Source: Chloroflexota bacterium | GTDB taxonomy: Bacteria > Chloroflexota > Limnocylindria > P2-11E | Assembly (NCBI GenBank): GCA_016183435.1 | Contig: JACPEQ010000042.1 | Coordinates: 1-42,183, forward strand | Length of the DNA: 42,183 nt | Direction: 5' to 3' | In this document: piece after piece, positions 27,781-38,086 of the stretch | How the letters are laid out: every line of letters starts with the position of its first letter | How positions within the stretch are numbered: the stretch's first letter is position 1 | Notes under the pieces: model-generated | Databases searched by the model: none | What the model saw: the letters and a program-made list of their open reading frames with translations, nothing else | What the model was told of the DNA's origin: nothing | Translations under genes and position numbers: made by a program

Positions 27781-28046
27781 ACGGTCAGTATAGCGGTCCT
27801 ACCGGCCGCCTCGGAACTCTGCTACGCCGATCCTGGCTCGGGTTCAGCATGGTCGAGCCTCATGACTTTCACCGCTCGCGCAGCCTCCGAGAGCTCGATC
27901 GTGCGCAGCCGACCCGCTGCACCGAAGATGCGGCACGCAACACTGATCCTCCACCACAGCAGTCAACGTGGTCTTGCGCCGGGGGTCGCCGCTGTAGTGC
28001 GCCCGTGACCGTGCTCAGGATCGCGGTCGGGAGACGGCGCGCTCGC

Positions 28047-28190
28047 GGACGAGGCCGCCGCGGCGCTCCAGGCGCTCGGCTACACGCCGTCAGAGGCCGC
28101 GACCGCGCTCCGCGGCGTGCCTCCGGCGAGCGGTGCAGCACCGAGGAACGGGTCCGGTCGGCCCTTCGGAAGGCCGTTCGAGTGCTATAG
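28047..28190 (+). pseudogene. ruvA: orphan ruvA domain III fragment
   Basis: DEAAAALQALGYTPSEAATALRGVPPASG/STEERVRSALRKAVRVL* with a 1-nt frameshift near 28135. Confidence 0.9.
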
Positions 28191-28191
28191 T
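28183..28191 (+). promoter_or_regulatory. extended -10 promoter of the nusA operon
   Basis: TGC-TATAGT overlapping the stop codon of the ruvA fragment. Confidence 0.7.
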
Positions 28192-28233
28192 TGTCGTTAC
28201 CCGCGGGGCTCGCCCGCGGTCTTCGGGCGCCTG

Positions 28234-28259
28234 AAAGTGGGTCGACCCCCACTTTTTTT
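28234..28259 (+). terminator. rimP-leader-type attenuator upstream of nusA
   Basis: AAAGTGGG-TCGACC-CCCACTTT followed by a T run, in the nusA 5' leader. Confidence 0.8.
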
Positions 28260-28297
28260 GTCGCCTGAGCAGAAATGAAGGAAGGGGAGCGTGCGAC

Positions 28298-29515
28298 ATG
28301 AACCGTGAGCTCGTGACCGGTCTCGCACAGCTCTCCGCGGAGAAGGGCCTCCCCAAGGAGGTCGTCAGCGACATCATCGCCCGCGCGATCAAGCGCGCCT
28401 ACGGCGACGAGGAGCACCTCGACGTCAAGGTCGACGTCCAGACCGGCGCGTTCAAGATCTTCCTGCTCAAGACCGTCGTCGAGAAGGTCGAGGACCCGAA
28501 GTCCCAGATCCAGGTCGACACGGCGAAGAAGCTGAAGGCCGACGCGCAGCTCGGCGACATCATCCCGTTCGAGGAGTCGGCTGCGGCGCTCGGCCGCATC
28601 GGCGCGCAGACCGCGAAGCAGATGATCCAGCAGTTCCTGCGCGAGGCGGAGCGCGAGCAGGTGTTCGCCGAGTACGCCGACCGCGAGGGCGACATCATCA
28701 ACGGCGTCATCGACCGGTTCGACGCCGGCGCCGCGATCATGGACCTCGGGAAGGCGAAGGCCATCCTGCCGCGGTCCGAGCAGGCCCCGCACGAGCGGTA
28801 CTTCGTCGGACAGCATCGCAAGGTGCTCATCGTCGAGGTCCGGCGCTCGATCCACGGCCCGCAGATCATGGTCAGCCGCGCGCACAAGGGGCTGGTGAAG
28901 CGTCTGTTCGAGCTCGAGGTGCCCGAGATATATCACGGACAGGTCGAGATCATGGGCATCGCCCGTGAGCCGGGCGCGCGCACGAAGATCGCGGTCCGCT
29001 CGCGCCAGGCGGGACTCGACCCTGTGGGCGCGTGCGTGGGCCAGCGCGGCCTGCGCGTGCAGGCGATCTCGAACGAGCTCGGTGGCGAGCGCATCGAGGT
29101 CGTGCAGCACGACGACGACTCGCAGAGGTACGTCGGCAACGCGCTCTCACCGGCGCCGGTGGTGCGCGTGGACTGCGTGGCGGAGGAGAAGACGGCGTAT
29201 GTCGTCGTCCCGGACCGCTACCTCTCACTGGCGATCGGCAAGGAGGGCATCAACGCGAAGCTCGCCGCGAAGCTGACCGGCTGGCGGATCGACATCCGCA
29301 GCGAGTCGGAGGTCGCGGCCGAGATGGAGACCCCGCCCGAGCCCGAGGCGGAGCCGGTCGAGGCCGAGGCCCCCGTGGTCGAGGTCGACGAGGACGGCAT
29401 CCGCCAGGACCTCGTCGTCGAGGCCGAGGCGGAGTCCGCGCTCGCCGACGAGTCCGCGCTCGAGGACGAGGACCGCGCGCTCCTCGGCGGGAAGAAGAGG
29501 CGCGATCGCCGGTAG
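28298..29515 (+). CDS. nusA: transcription termination factor NusA
   Basis: GRIGAQTAKQ, LFELEVPEI, AREPGARTK, LSLAIGKEG; acidic tail. Confidence 0.98.
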   Translation: MNRELVTGLAQLSAEKGLPKEVVSDIIARAIKRAYGDEEHLDVKVDVQTGAFKIFLLKTVVEKVEDPKSQIQVDTAKKLKADAQLGDIIPFEESAAALGRIGAQTAKQMIQQFLREAEREQVFAEYADREGDIINGVIDRFDAGAAIMDLGKAKAILPRSEQAPHERYFVGQHRKVLIVEVRRSIHGPQIMVSRAHKGLVKRLFELEVPEIYHGQVEIMGIAREPGARTKIAVRSRQAGLDPVGACVGQRGLRVQAISNELGGERIEVVQHDDDSQRYVGNALSPAPVVRVDCVAEEKTAYVVVPDRYLSLAIGKEGINAKLAAKLTGWRIDIRSESEVAAEMETPPEPEAEPVEAEAPVVEVDEDGIRQDLVVEAEAESALADESALEDEDRALLGGKKRRDRR

Positions 29516-29837
29516 CCGGGCGCGCCCGCTGCCGCAGCGGACGTGCGTGGCCTGCCGGACCGAGCGTGCCAAGCGCGAGCTCGTGCGGGTCGTGCGTGCC
29601 GCGGGCTCGGGTGAGCTGTCGGTGGACCTTCGCGGGAAGGCATCGGGCCGGGGGGCGTACCTTTGTTCCGACACGGCGTGCCTCGAGCGCGGCCTTGCGG
29701 AGGGGTCGCTGGCCCGGTCCCTCGCGACGACGATCGATCCAGCCACGCGAGAGCGGCTCCGCGGCGAGCTCGAGACAGCGATGAAGGAACGTAGCAAGCG
29801 GGGGTCGCGGGTGACGCCCCCGCGAGGAGCAGGCTAG
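29505..29837 (+). CDS. ylxR: YlxR (RnpM) family RNA-binding protein, probable ATC or CTG start
   Basis: PQRTCVAC, KRELVRVV, GKASGRGAYLC. Confidence 0.92.
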   Translation: MAGSRARPLPQRTCVACRTERAKRELVRVVRAAGSGELSVDLRGKASGRGAYLCSDTACLERGLAEGSLARSLATTIDPATRERLRGELETAMKERSKRGSRVTPPRGAG

Positions 29838-31748
29838 ATGCCGAAAGCACGACCGCGACGATTCCCGCCGCCGCGCGGCCCGCGCCCCAGGCGCAGGTCG
29901 GACCGCGGCGCCCCGCCGCCGCCGCCCCCACAGGCCGCGCCCGTCGTGGCGCTGGCGCCGGAGGGGGCCGCGCCGGTCGTGCTGCCGCGCCAGATCCGCG
30001 TCGAGGATCTGGCCAAGGCGTTCGACGTGTCCGTCGTCGACGTCATCCGGGCGCTCGTGAACATGGGCCTGATGGCCACGAAGAACGAGACGATCGACTA
30101 CGACACCGCCGTGCTCGTCGCGACGGAGCTCGGCTTCGAGGTCGTGCCCGAGCAGGTGGCGGCCGAGGAGACCGGACCGGAGATCGCCGAGGAGCCCGCT
30201 CCCGCCGCGCAGAAGATCCTCTGGACCGACGACGACCCCGCGCGCCTGCGCGAGCGCGCGCCGGTCGTCACCGTGCTCGGCCACGTCGACCACGGCAAGA
30301 CGAGCCTGCTCGACGCCGTGCGGCAGACGAACATCACCGCGCGCGAGTCGGGCGGGATCACGCAGCACATCGGCGCGTACCAGATCGAGCACAAGGGCCG
30401 CAAGGTCACGTGGATCGACACGCCCGGGCATCAGGCGTTCACGGCGATGCGCGCACGCGGCGCGTCCATCACCGACATCGCTGTCCTCGTCGTGGCGGCG
30501 GACGACGGCGTGCAGCCGCAGACGATCGAGGCGATCTCGCACGCGAAGGCTGCCGAGGTCCCGATCGTCGTCGCGCTGAACAAGATCGACAAGAGCGACG
30601 CCGACCCCGAGCGCGTCAAGGGCCAGCTCGCGGAGCAGGGCGTGACGATCGAGGAGTACGGCGGCGACGTACCGCTCGTGCCGGTGTCCGCGCGGACGAA
30701 GCAGGGCCTCGAGGACCTCCTCGACGTGATCGTGCTCGTCGCGGACGTCCGAGACCTGAAGGCCGACCCCGAGCGCGCCGCCATCGGGAACGTCGTCGAG
30801 GCGCACCTGGAAAGCGGCCGCGGTCCGGTCGCGACGATCCTCGTGCGCACCGGCACGCTCGAGCGCGGCGATCAGGTCGTCGTGGGGACGACCTACGGAC
30901 GCGTCCGCGCGATGGTCGATGACCGAGGCAAGACCATCAACCGCGCCGAGCCCTCACGGCCCGTGGAGATCCTCGGCCTCCCGAGGGTCCCCGAGGCCGG
31001 TGACGTGCTGCGCGTGGCCCCGGACGAGAAGACGGCGAAGGCAGCGGCCGAGGAGGAGCAGCGCCGCCGCGCCGAGGGCGCCGCGGGTGAGCGGCCCGCC
31101 ACGCTCGACGAGATGTTCGCGCAGGCCAAGGAAGGCAAGACGAAGGAGCTGAAGATCGTCCTCAAGGCCGACGTGCAGGGGTCGCTGGAGGCGATCCGTG
31201 GATCGCTCGCGAAGCTGCCGCAGGACGAGGTCGGCCTGAACGTGATCCACAGCGGCGTCGGCGACGTCACCGAGTCGGACGTGACCCTGGCGGCCGCGTC
31301 CAACGCGGTGATCGTCGGGTTCAACAACAAGCTCGATGCGCCGGCGAAGCGCGTGGCCGACTCCACGGGCGTGGAGGTGCGGTCGTACAAGGTCATCTAC
31401 GAGCTGCTCGATGACGTGCAGAAGGCGCTCCTCGGGATGCTCGAGCCGGAGATGGTCGAGCAGGTCATCGGACACGCCGAGGTGCGGCAGACGTTCACCG
31501 CGGGCAAGACGACGATCGCCGGCTGCATGGTGGTCGACGGCGTGATCCGCCGGGCGGCGCAGGCCCGCCTCATCCGGGGCGGTGTGCCGGTCTTCGACGG
31601 GCGTCTCGGCTCCCTCAAGCGCTTCAAGGACGACGCGCGCGAGGTGAACGCCGGCCTCGAGTGCGGCATCGTGCTCGACGGCACCAACGACGTCGCGGTG
31701 GGCGACATCATCGAGGCGTACGTCATCCAGGCGAAGCCGCGGGGATGA
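29838..31748 (+). CDS. infB: translation initiation factor IF-2 (short N-terminus)
   Basis: [40 protein letters not shown]. Confidence 0.98.
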   Translation: MPKARPRRFPPPRGPRPRRRSDRGAPPPPPPQAAPVVALAPEGAAPVVLPRQIRVEDLAKAFDVSVVDVIRALVNMGLMATKNETIDYDTAVLVATELGFEVVPEQVAAEETGPEIAEEPAPAAQKILWTDDDPARLRERAPVVTVLGHVDHGKTSLLDAVRQTNITARESGGITQHIGAYQIEHKGRKVTWIDTPGHQAFTAMRARGASITDIAVLVVAADDGVQPQTIEAISHAKAAEVPIVVALNKIDKSDADPERVKGQLAEQGVTIEEYGGDVPLVPVSARTKQGLEDLLDVIVLVADVRDLKADPERAAIGNVVEAHLESGRGPVATILVRTGTLERGDQVVVGTTYGRVRAMVDDRGKTINRAEPSRPVEILGLPRVPEAGDVLRVAPDEKTAKAAAEEEQRRRAEGAAGERPATLDEMFAQAKEGKTKELKIVLKADVQGSLEAIRGSLAKLPQDEVGLNVIHSGVGDVTESDVTLAAASNAVIVGFNNKLDAPAKRVADSTGVEVRSYKVIYELLDDVQKALLGMLEPEMVEQVIGHAEVRQTFTAGKTTIAGCMVVDGVIRRAAQARLIRGGVPVFDGRLGSLKRFKDDAREVNAGLECGIVLDGTNDVAVGDIIEAYVIQAKPRG

Positions 31749-31846
31749 TCAGAGGTGTTGGATCGCGCGACGAGCGGCTTTGCCGCGAGGAGCGAGTCGA
31801 CCAGCCCTGAGCGTGTCCCGGGCCGCAGGCCACGGGATCGAGCTTG

Positions 31847-32230
31847 ATGCCGTACAAGCGCACCGACCGCGTCAACGCGCTGCTCCAGCGCGAGCTCGGG
31901 CAGGTCATCAGCGAGGAGCTGAACGACCCGCGGATCTCGTTCGCGACCGTCACCGCCGTCGAGACCACGCCGGATCTGCGCACCGCGCGCGTGCACGTGA
32001 GCATCCTCGGGGACGAGGCAGAGGGTCGCGAGGCGATGGCGGCGCTCGAGCGCGCGAGGCGCCACCTCCGCAAGGTCATCGGCGAGCGGACGGAGCTGCG
32101 CTACGTCCCCGACCTCGTGTTCGTCGAGGACCGCTCCGCCGAACGGGCCGCGCGGATCGCGACCCTCCTGCGCGAAGCGCGCGAGCGCGGGGTCCCCCCG
32201 GCGGGATCAGAGGAGCACCCCGACGGCTGA
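31847..32230 (+). CDS. rbfA: ribosome-binding factor A
   Basis: RTDRV..LQREL, DPRI, PDLRTARV, LRYVPDLVF. Confidence 0.96.
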   Translation: MPYKRTDRVNALLQRELGQVISEELNDPRISFATVTAVETTPDLRTARVHVSILGDEAEGREAMAALERARRHLRKVIGERTELRYVPDLVFVEDRSAERAARIATLLREARERGVPPAGSEEHPDG

Positions 32231-32990
32231 GGCCGTCGCGGGGGTGCTCGCCGTCGACAAGCCGAGCGGGTGGACCTCGCATGACGTCGTGGCGGTGATG
32301 CGGCGGATCCTCGGGACGAAGCGCGTCGGCCACGGTGGCACGCTGGATCCGCTCGCGACCGGTGTCCTGCCGATCCTCGTCGGTCCCGCGACCAAGTACG
32401 TGGACCGGCTGCACTCGGCACCGAAGGTGTACGCCGCGGCTGTGCGCTTCGGCATGGAGACCACGACCGATGACCGGGAGGGTCCCGCGCGGCGCGAGGC
32501 CGCCGTCCCGTCGCTCGGCGTGGGAGATCTCGACGCCGCGCTGCGGCCGTTCCGCGGCGAGATCTCGCAGGTGCCGCCTGACCGCTCGGCCGTGAAGGTC
32601 GAGGGGCGCCGGGCGTACGCCATCGCGCGCTCCGGCACGGAGGTGCGCCTGGAGCCGCGCACCGTACGCGTGGAGCGGCTGGCGATCGCGTCGTGGGCGC
32701 CGCCGCAGCTGCGGCTCCTCATCGTCTGCGGCTCGGGCACCTACGTCCGCTCGCTCGCGCGCGACATCGGGCGCAGCCTGGGCTCCGCCGCGCACCTCGG
32801 CGCGCTCCGGCGGCTCGCGGTCGGCGCGCTCACCGTCGATCGGGCGGCGGACGTCGGCAGGCTCCGTGCGGCGAACGCGGATGAGGCGACGGCCCTGCTC
32901 CGTCCCGCGGACGATCGCCTCCTCGATCTCGACCAACGCTTCCGCAGCGCCCCCGCGGGCGAGCTGCTCGGGGCATGGGAGGCCGCGTGA
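32223..32990 (+). CDS. truB: tRNA pseudouridine(55) synthase (start ACG 32223 or GTG 32244)
   Basis: DKPSGWTSHDVV, GHGGTLDPLATG, CGSGTYVRSLARD. Confidence 0.95.
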   Translation, partial: TAEAVAGVLAVDKPSGWTSHDVVAVMRRILGTKRVGHGGTLDPLATGVLPILVGPATKYVDRLHSAPKVYAAAVRFGMETTTDDREGPARREAAVPSLGVGDLDAALRPFRGEISQVPPDRSAVKVEGRRAYAIARSGTEVRLEPRTVRVERLAIASWAPPQLRLLIVCGSGTYVRSLARDIGRSLGSAAHLGALRRLAVGALTVDRAADVGRLRAANADEATALLRPADDRLLDLDQRFRSAPAGELLGAWEAA

Positions 32991-34462
32991 AAGGGTTGAG
33001 CGCTCTGTCGCTCGACGCGAAGGTCGTCGGCGCGGTCGCCCTCCTTGACTGGGTACTGCTCTTCGGCAACCACACGATCGTGCAGGCGTCGCGCGACGCG
33101 CCGCTGTGGCAGCTCTTCCCGGGCCTCTGGGGCCCGGCGTGGCTGCTCGTCTGCGGCCTGCTCGCGGCGACGTACCCGCTCCGCGATCACCGGCTCGGGG
33201 TGCGCTTCAGTTCGCGCGGCCGGATCGTCCACTTCGCCGCGATCGTCACGTTCTTCGTGGTGATCCCGACCGTCGCCGCGGTCGTCCTCCGCGAGACGGG
33301 GAAGCCGTACACGTACGTGCACGACGGGGCGATCATGATCGAGGAGGCGGCGCGCAAGCTCGTTGCCGGCCAGAACCCGTACGTCGCGGACTACCTGGAC
33401 ACGCCGCTGTTCTACTGGCTCGTTGCCGGCCAGAACCCGTACGTCGCGGACTACCTGGACACGCCGCTGTTCTACTGGCCGATGATCAACAACCCCGCGC
33501 TCTACCACCTGACGTACTTCCCAGCGATGTTCCTGATCACGGTGCCGTTCGTCGTCGCCTTCGATCGCCTCGGCCTCGTGTTCGACCAGCGCTACCTCTA
33601 CCTGCCGGCGTTCCTGGCGACGGTCGCGATCGTCCCGCTGGTGATCCCGGCGAGCGCGGACCGCGTCCGGACGCTGGCGTACCGCCTCTCACTCGCGGCC
33701 GTCGTCGTCCTGCATCCGCAGCTCTTCCCGTTCGTCGCCGAGGGCCGCAACGACTTCTTCGTCCTGCTCTTCATCTTCATTGGGGTCGCGCTGCTCGTGC
33801 GCGAGCGACGCACGCTCGCATTCCTCGCGATCGCGGTCGCCGCCGCGTCGAAGCTGCACGCGGCTCCGCTGCTGCTCTTCGTGATCGCATACCTCTTCTG
33901 GTCGGACGGCTCGCCGCCGCTCGGCGCGCGCCTCGCGCGGCTCGCGCGGGCGACCTGGGCGGGTGCCTTCGTGCTCGCGGTGACCTTCACGCCGTTCCTG
34001 CTGAACGACTTCGGCGCCCTCTGGGACGACGTCGTCGCGTACAACGCGGGGGGCGCCGCATGGTCGTACCCCGTGTCCGGCATGGGTTTCTCGGCGATCC
34101 TGCGCGGGCTCGGCGTGATCTCGTATCCGCAGCAGGACTTCCCGTTCGCCGCGTTCCAGCTCGCGGCAGGGCTTCCGCTCATCGTGTGGTCGCTGCGGCG
34201 GCTGCGGCGCGACCCGCACATCGCGACGATGCTCCTCGGCTACGCGGTCACGCTCATGGCGTTCGTGTTCTTCGGTCGCTATCTCCACGGAAACCATCTC
34301 GGCTTCATCATCGCCGTCGCATCGCCGATCCCGTTCCTGCGGCCGCACCTCCTGCCGCGGCTCCTCGAGCGGATCCCGCTGCGCCGCCCCGCGGCACCCG
34401 TTCCGGCGGTCGCGGCCATGGCACCCGTCACCATCAACGACCCCGAGCCGCCCACCGCGTAG
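32987..34462 (+). CDS. GT-C fold membrane glycosyltransferase (GT87-like)
   Basis: Multi-TM; HD..GQNPY loop, YFP, EGRND, ASK motifs; GGAGG SD and GTGA overlap with truB. Confidence 0.75.
   Translation: MKGLSALSLDAKVVGAVALLDWVLLFGNHTIVQASRDAPLWQLFPGLWGPAWLLVCGLLAATYPLRDHRLGVRFSSRGRIVHFAAIVTFFVVIPTVAAVVLRETGKPYTYVHDGAIMIEEAARKLVAGQNPYVADYLDTPLFYWLVAGQNPYVADYLDTPLFYWPMINNPALYHLTYFPAMFLITVPFVVAFDRLGLVFDQRYLYLPAFLATVAIVPLVIPASADRVRTLAYRLSLAAVVVLHPQLFPFVAEGRNDFFVLLFIFIGVALLVRERRTLAFLAIAVAAASKLHAAPLLLFVIAYLFWSDGSPPLGARLARLARATWAGAFVLAVTFTPFLLNDFGALWDDVVAYNAGGAAWSYPVSGMGFSAILRGLGVISYPQQDFPFAAFQLAAGLPLIVWSLRRLRRDPHIATMLLGYAVTLMAFVFFGRYLHGNHLGFIIAVASPIPFLRPHLLPRLLERIPLRRPAAPVPAVAAMAPVTINDPEPPTA
33358..33479 (+). 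repeat. exact 60-nt tandem duplication, in-frame (20 aa)
   Basis: 33358-33419 is identical to 33418-33479; LVAGQNPYVADYLDTPLFYW occurs twice. Confidence 0.98.
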
Positions 34463-34494
34463 CACACCCCAGCGCAGCACGTAGGCTCTCCGGG

Positions 34495-35430
34495 ATGCGC
34501 GTCCTCCATGGGTTCGATGCGTGGCCGGCCGGCCCGCTGCACCTCGCCATCGGCGTCTTCGACGGCGTGCACCGCGGCCATCAGCAGCTCATCGTGGTGC
34601 TGCGCACCGCCGCAGAGCGCGACGGCGCGCTGCCCATCGCGGCGACGTTCGACCCGCTGCCGATCCAGGTGCTCGCCCCCGGCGCGCCTCCCTCGGCGCT
34701 CACCGATGCGGCGGAGCGCGCGGAGCTGCTGGCACGCGCGGGAGCGGAGGCGGTCGTGCTCTTCCCGTCGAGCGCGTCGTTCCTGGGGATACCGGCGCGC
34801 GAGTTCGTCTCGCGGCTCGCCGCGGCGGGGGACGTACGCCGGATCGTGGTCGGCCCGGATTTCCATTTCGGTCATCAGCGCGAGGGGGACGTCGCGCTGC
34901 TGCGGCACCTCGGCGGCGAACGAGGCTGGACGGTCGAGGTGATCGCCCCGGTCATGGCGGACGGTACGGTCATCAGCTCGACGCGGATCCGCAACCTGCT
35001 CGTCGCCGGTGACGTGAAGGGTGCGGCGGAGCTGCTCGGCCGGCCATACGCCGTTCGCGGGCGGATCGCGCACGGCGACAAGCGCGGGCGAGCACTGGGC
35101 TATCCGACGATCAACGTGGCGACGCCCCCGGAGCGCCTGCTGCCGCGCGACGGCATCTACGCGACGTGGGTCGTAGTGGGCTCGGAACGCCGCCCGGCAG
35201 CCACGAGCCTGGGCGTGCGGCCGACGTTCGGGGCAGGCGAGCGGGTGCTCGAGTCGTTCATCCTCGATCTCTCGGCCGACCTCTACGGCGAGGACGTGGA
35301 GATGACCTTCGTGGAGCGCCTCCGCGACGAGCTGCGGTTCGAGACCCCCGAAGCGCTCGTCGAGCAGATCGCCCGGGACGTGGAGGCGACGAGGCAGGCG
35401 CTGGCGCCCGCGGCCAGAGGCGGCGCCTGA
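34495..35430 (+). CDS. ribF: bifunctional riboflavin kinase/FAD synthetase
   Basis: [34 protein letters not shown]; TAGGCT -10 lies 7 nt before the ATG. Confidence 0.96.
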   Translation: MRVLHGFDAWPAGPLHLAIGVFDGVHRGHQQLIVVLRTAAERDGALPIAATFDPLPIQVLAPGAPPSALTDAAERAELLARAGAEAVVLFPSSASFLGIPAREFVSRLAAAGDVRRIVVGPDFHFGHQREGDVALLRHLGGERGWTVEVIAPVMADGTVISSTRIRNLLVAGDVKGAAELLGRPYAVRGRIAHGDKRGRALGYPTINVATPPERLLPRDGIYATWVVVGSERRPAATSLGVRPTFGAGERVLESFILDLSADLYGEDVEMTFVERLRDELRFETPEALVEQIARDVEATRQALAPAARGGA

Positions 35431-35449
35431 AAGGCGACCGCCGGGAAGA
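35410..35449 (+). repeat. dispersed repeat module B spanning the ribF stop codon
   Basis: 36/40 identity to 6329-6368; hairpin GGCGGCGCCT-GAA-AGGCGACCGCC. Confidence 0.88.
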
Positions 35450-35506
35450 TCAAGTACACTTCTGCCTGAGAAACGACATCTAGGAATAGAGAGAAAGGAA
35501 CGACGG

Positions 35507-35770
35507 GTGCCGCTCCGACCCAAGAGCGACGTGATCCAGGGATTCCGGCAGCACGACAAGGACACAGGCTCGCCGGAGGTCCAGATCGCCGTCCTCACCG
35601 AACGCATCAAGCACCTCACCGAGCACCTGCGGCAGGCGAAGCACGACTCCGCCGGACGCCGCGGGCTGCTTCAGATGGTCGGCCAGCGTCGGCGCCTGCT
35701 CGCTTACCTTCACAGGAAGAGCCCGGAGCGATACCAGGACGTCATCGCGCGGCTCGAACTGCGTCGGTGA
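35507..35770 (+). CDS. rpsO: 30S ribosomal protein S15
   Basis: [25 protein letters not shown]; TACACT -10 at 35455-35460. Confidence 0.97.
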   Translation: MPLRPKSDVIQGFRQHDKDTGSPEVQIAVLTERIKHLTEHLRQAKHDSAGRRGLLQMVGQRRRLLAYLHRKSPERYQDVIARLELRR

Positions 35771-35803
35771 ACCAGTAGGGGGCGACACCCGCCCAGGTAG
35801 CTC

Positions 35804-38077
35804 ATGCCCATCACCAAGACGCAGACCACCATCAACGGGAAGCTCTTTGTGCTCGAGACCGGGAAGTACGCAGAGCAGGCCGGCGGTGCGGTCACCATCC
35901 AGTACGGCGACACGGTCGTCTTCGCCGCGGCCTCGGTCTCCGCCACCGTCCGCCCCGGTATCGACTTCTTCCCGCTCACCGTCGACTTCGAGGAGCGCCT
36001 CTATGCGGCCGGCAAGATCCCCGGATCCTTCCCGCGGCGCGAGGGCCGTCCCTCCGAGGAGGCGGTCCTCACCGCCCGGCTCGCCGACCGCCCGATCCGC
36101 CCGCTCTTCCCGAAGGGCTTCCGCAACGACACCCAGATCGTCATCTACGCGCTCTCCGCGGATCAGGAGCACGACCCCGACGTCCTCGCGGTGAACGCCG
36201 CGTCCGCCGCGCTGGCGATCTCGCCGGCGCCGTTCGGCGGGCCGATCGGGTGCGTTCGCGTGGGCACGGTCAACGGCAAGCTCACGCTGAACCCGACCAT
36301 CCCGCAGATGGAGCAGAGCGAGATGGACCTCGTCGTCGCGGGGACGCGCGACCGGGTGATGATGCTCGAGGCCGGCGCGAACGAAGTGCCCGAGGATCGC
36401 ATGATCGAGGCCATCGAGCTGGCACAGGCGGGCATCGCCGCCACGATCGACGTGCAGGAAGAGCTCGTGCGCCTGGTCGGCAAGCCGAAGATCCAGTGGA
36501 TCCCCGAGAAGGTCGAGGCCGGGAAGGACTCGCGCATCACTCGATACCTCGCGGACCGCATCCGCGCGAAGGTCCGCCATCCCGACAAGGCACAGCGCGA
36601 GGCGGGGCTCGACGAGGTCCGTCGAGAGGCCGTCGCCGCGCTCGCGACCGCCGACGGCGACATCAGCGAGGCCGACGTGGCGCTCACGTTCGACGCCCTT
36701 CTGAAGAACGAGGTCCGGCGCGCGATCCTCGAGGAGGGCATCCGTCCGGACGGGCGCGGCCTCACGGACATCCGGCAGCTCGACATCGAGGTCGGTCTCC
36801 TGCCGCGCACGCACGGCTCCGCGCTCTTCAAGCGCGGGCAGACGCAGATCCTGTCGGTGACGACGCTGGGCCCGACCGCGGACGAGCAGATCATCGACAC
36901 GCTCTCCCCGGTCGACTCCAAGCGATACATGCACCACTACAACTTCCCGCCGTTCTCCGTCGGCGAGGTCCGGCCGCTCCGTGGTGCGGGCCGCCGCGAG
37001 ATCGGACACGGCGCGCTCGCGGAGCGCGCCCTCGTGCCGGTGATCCCGACCAAGGAGGAGTTCCCCTACACGATCCGTGTCGTGAGCGAGACCTTCTCCT
37101 CGAACGGCTCGACGTCGATGGCGTCCACGTGCGGCTCGACGCTGTCGCTCATGGACGCCGGCGTGCCGATCAAGGCCATGATCGCAGGCATCTCCATCGG
37201 CCTGGTGACCGCCGATCCTCCCGGGGGGGCCCGGGAGGGCGATGACTTCCGCCTGCTCACCGACATCCAGGGCATGGAGGACAACTACGGCGACATGGAC
37301 TTCAAGGTGGCCGGCTCCGAGAAGGGCATCACCGGCATCCAGCTCGACATCAAGATCCATGGGCTCACGAAGGAGGTCGTCCGCGGCGCGATCAGGCAGG
37401 CACGCGAGGCGCGCATGACGATCCTCGAGACCATGCGGCGCGTCATCGACCGGCCGCGCGCGGAGCTCAGCCACTGGGCCCCGCGCATCGAGACCATCAA
37501 GATCCACCCGGACAAGATCCGCGAGGTCATCGGCCCCGGCGGCAAGATGATCCGGGCCATCCAGTCCGAGAGCGACTCCAACATCGAGGTCGAGGACGAC
37601 GGCACCGTCCGCATCACCGGCGCGAAGGCGGAAGGTCGCGAGAGGGCGAAGCAGATGATCCTCGGGCTCACGAAGGAGCCGGAGGTCGGCGAGGTCTACG
37701 ACGGCAAGGTGACGCGGATCATGTCGATCGGCGCGTTCGTGGAGTACCTCCCGGGCAAGGAGGGCCTCGTCCGCGTCTCCGAGCTCCCGGGGGAGCGTGT
37801 GAACCGCGTCGAGGACGTGGTCAAGGTCGGGGATGCGGTGAAGGTCAAGGTCGCCGAGGTCGACCGCCAGGGACGCGTGAACCTCTCGATGCGCAGCGTC
37901 GGCGAAGAGGGCACGCGGGCCTACGAGGAGCGTCAGCGCGCCGAGCGCGATCGCTACCGCACACGCGAGGGCGGGGACGGCGGCGAGCGCCGAGGGCCAC
38001 CCGGCGGGTTCCGCCGCGGCCCGGGTGGTCCCGGCGGCTTCGGCGGCCCGCGCCGCAGCGGGCCGCCCCGCGACTAG
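35804..38077 (+). CDS. pnp: polyribonucleotide nucleotidyltransferase
   Basis: [32 protein letters not shown]; KH and S1 domains; Gly/Arg tail. Confidence 0.98.
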   Translation: MPITKTQTTINGKLFVLETGKYAEQAGGAVTIQYGDTVVFAAASVSATVRPGIDFFPLTVDFEERLYAAGKIPGSFPRREGRPSEEAVLTARLADRPIRPLFPKGFRNDTQIVIYALSADQEHDPDVLAVNAASAALAISPAPFGGPIGCVRVGTVNGKLTLNPTIPQMEQSEMDLVVAGTRDRVMMLEAGANEVPEDRMIEAIELAQAGIAATIDVQEELVRLVGKPKIQWIPEKVEAGKDSRITRYLADRIRAKVRHPDKAQREAGLDEVRREAVAALATADGDISEADVALTFDALLKNEVRRAILEEGIRPDGRGLTDIRQLDIEVGLLPRTHGSALFKRGQTQILSVTTLGPTADEQIIDTLSPVDSKRYMHHYNFPPFSVGEVRPLRGAGRREIGHGALAERALVPVIPTKEEFPYTIRVVSETFSSNGSTSMASTCGSTLSLMDAGVPIKAMIAGISIGLVTADPPGGAREGDDFRLLTDIQGMEDNYGDMDFKVAGSEKGITGIQLDIKIHGLTKEVVRGAIRQAREARMTILETMRRVIDRPRAELSHWAPRIETIKIHPDKIREVIGPGGKMIRAIQSESDSNIEVEDDGTVRITGAKAEGRERAKQMILGLTKEPEVGEVYDGKVTRIMSIGAFVEYLPGKEGLVRVSELPGERVNRVEDVVKVGDAVKVKVAEVDRQGRVNLSMRSVGEEGTRAYEERQRAERDRYRTREGGDGGERRGPPGGFRRGPGGPGGFGGPRRSGPPRD

Positions 38078-38086
38078 GGCGCGGGC

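Larger units (their letters stand above)
27135..28046. mobile_element. mini-island (TA module) between two copies of the ruvA 3' end
   Basis: Flanked by direct repeats 26993-27134 and 28047-28190; no integrase seen. Confidence 0.6.

Noticed and set aside
27800-28046. Integrase remnant within the ruvA islet
   Set aside because: No recombinase motif recognisable in any frame
35461-35506. S15 autoregulatory leader
   Set aside because: Only a weak hairpin is visible and I cannot match it to a known S15 leader by eye
38075-38077. Pyrrolysine recoding of the pnp UAG
   Set aside because: No pyl genes seen, and TAG is an ordinary stop for many genes in this window
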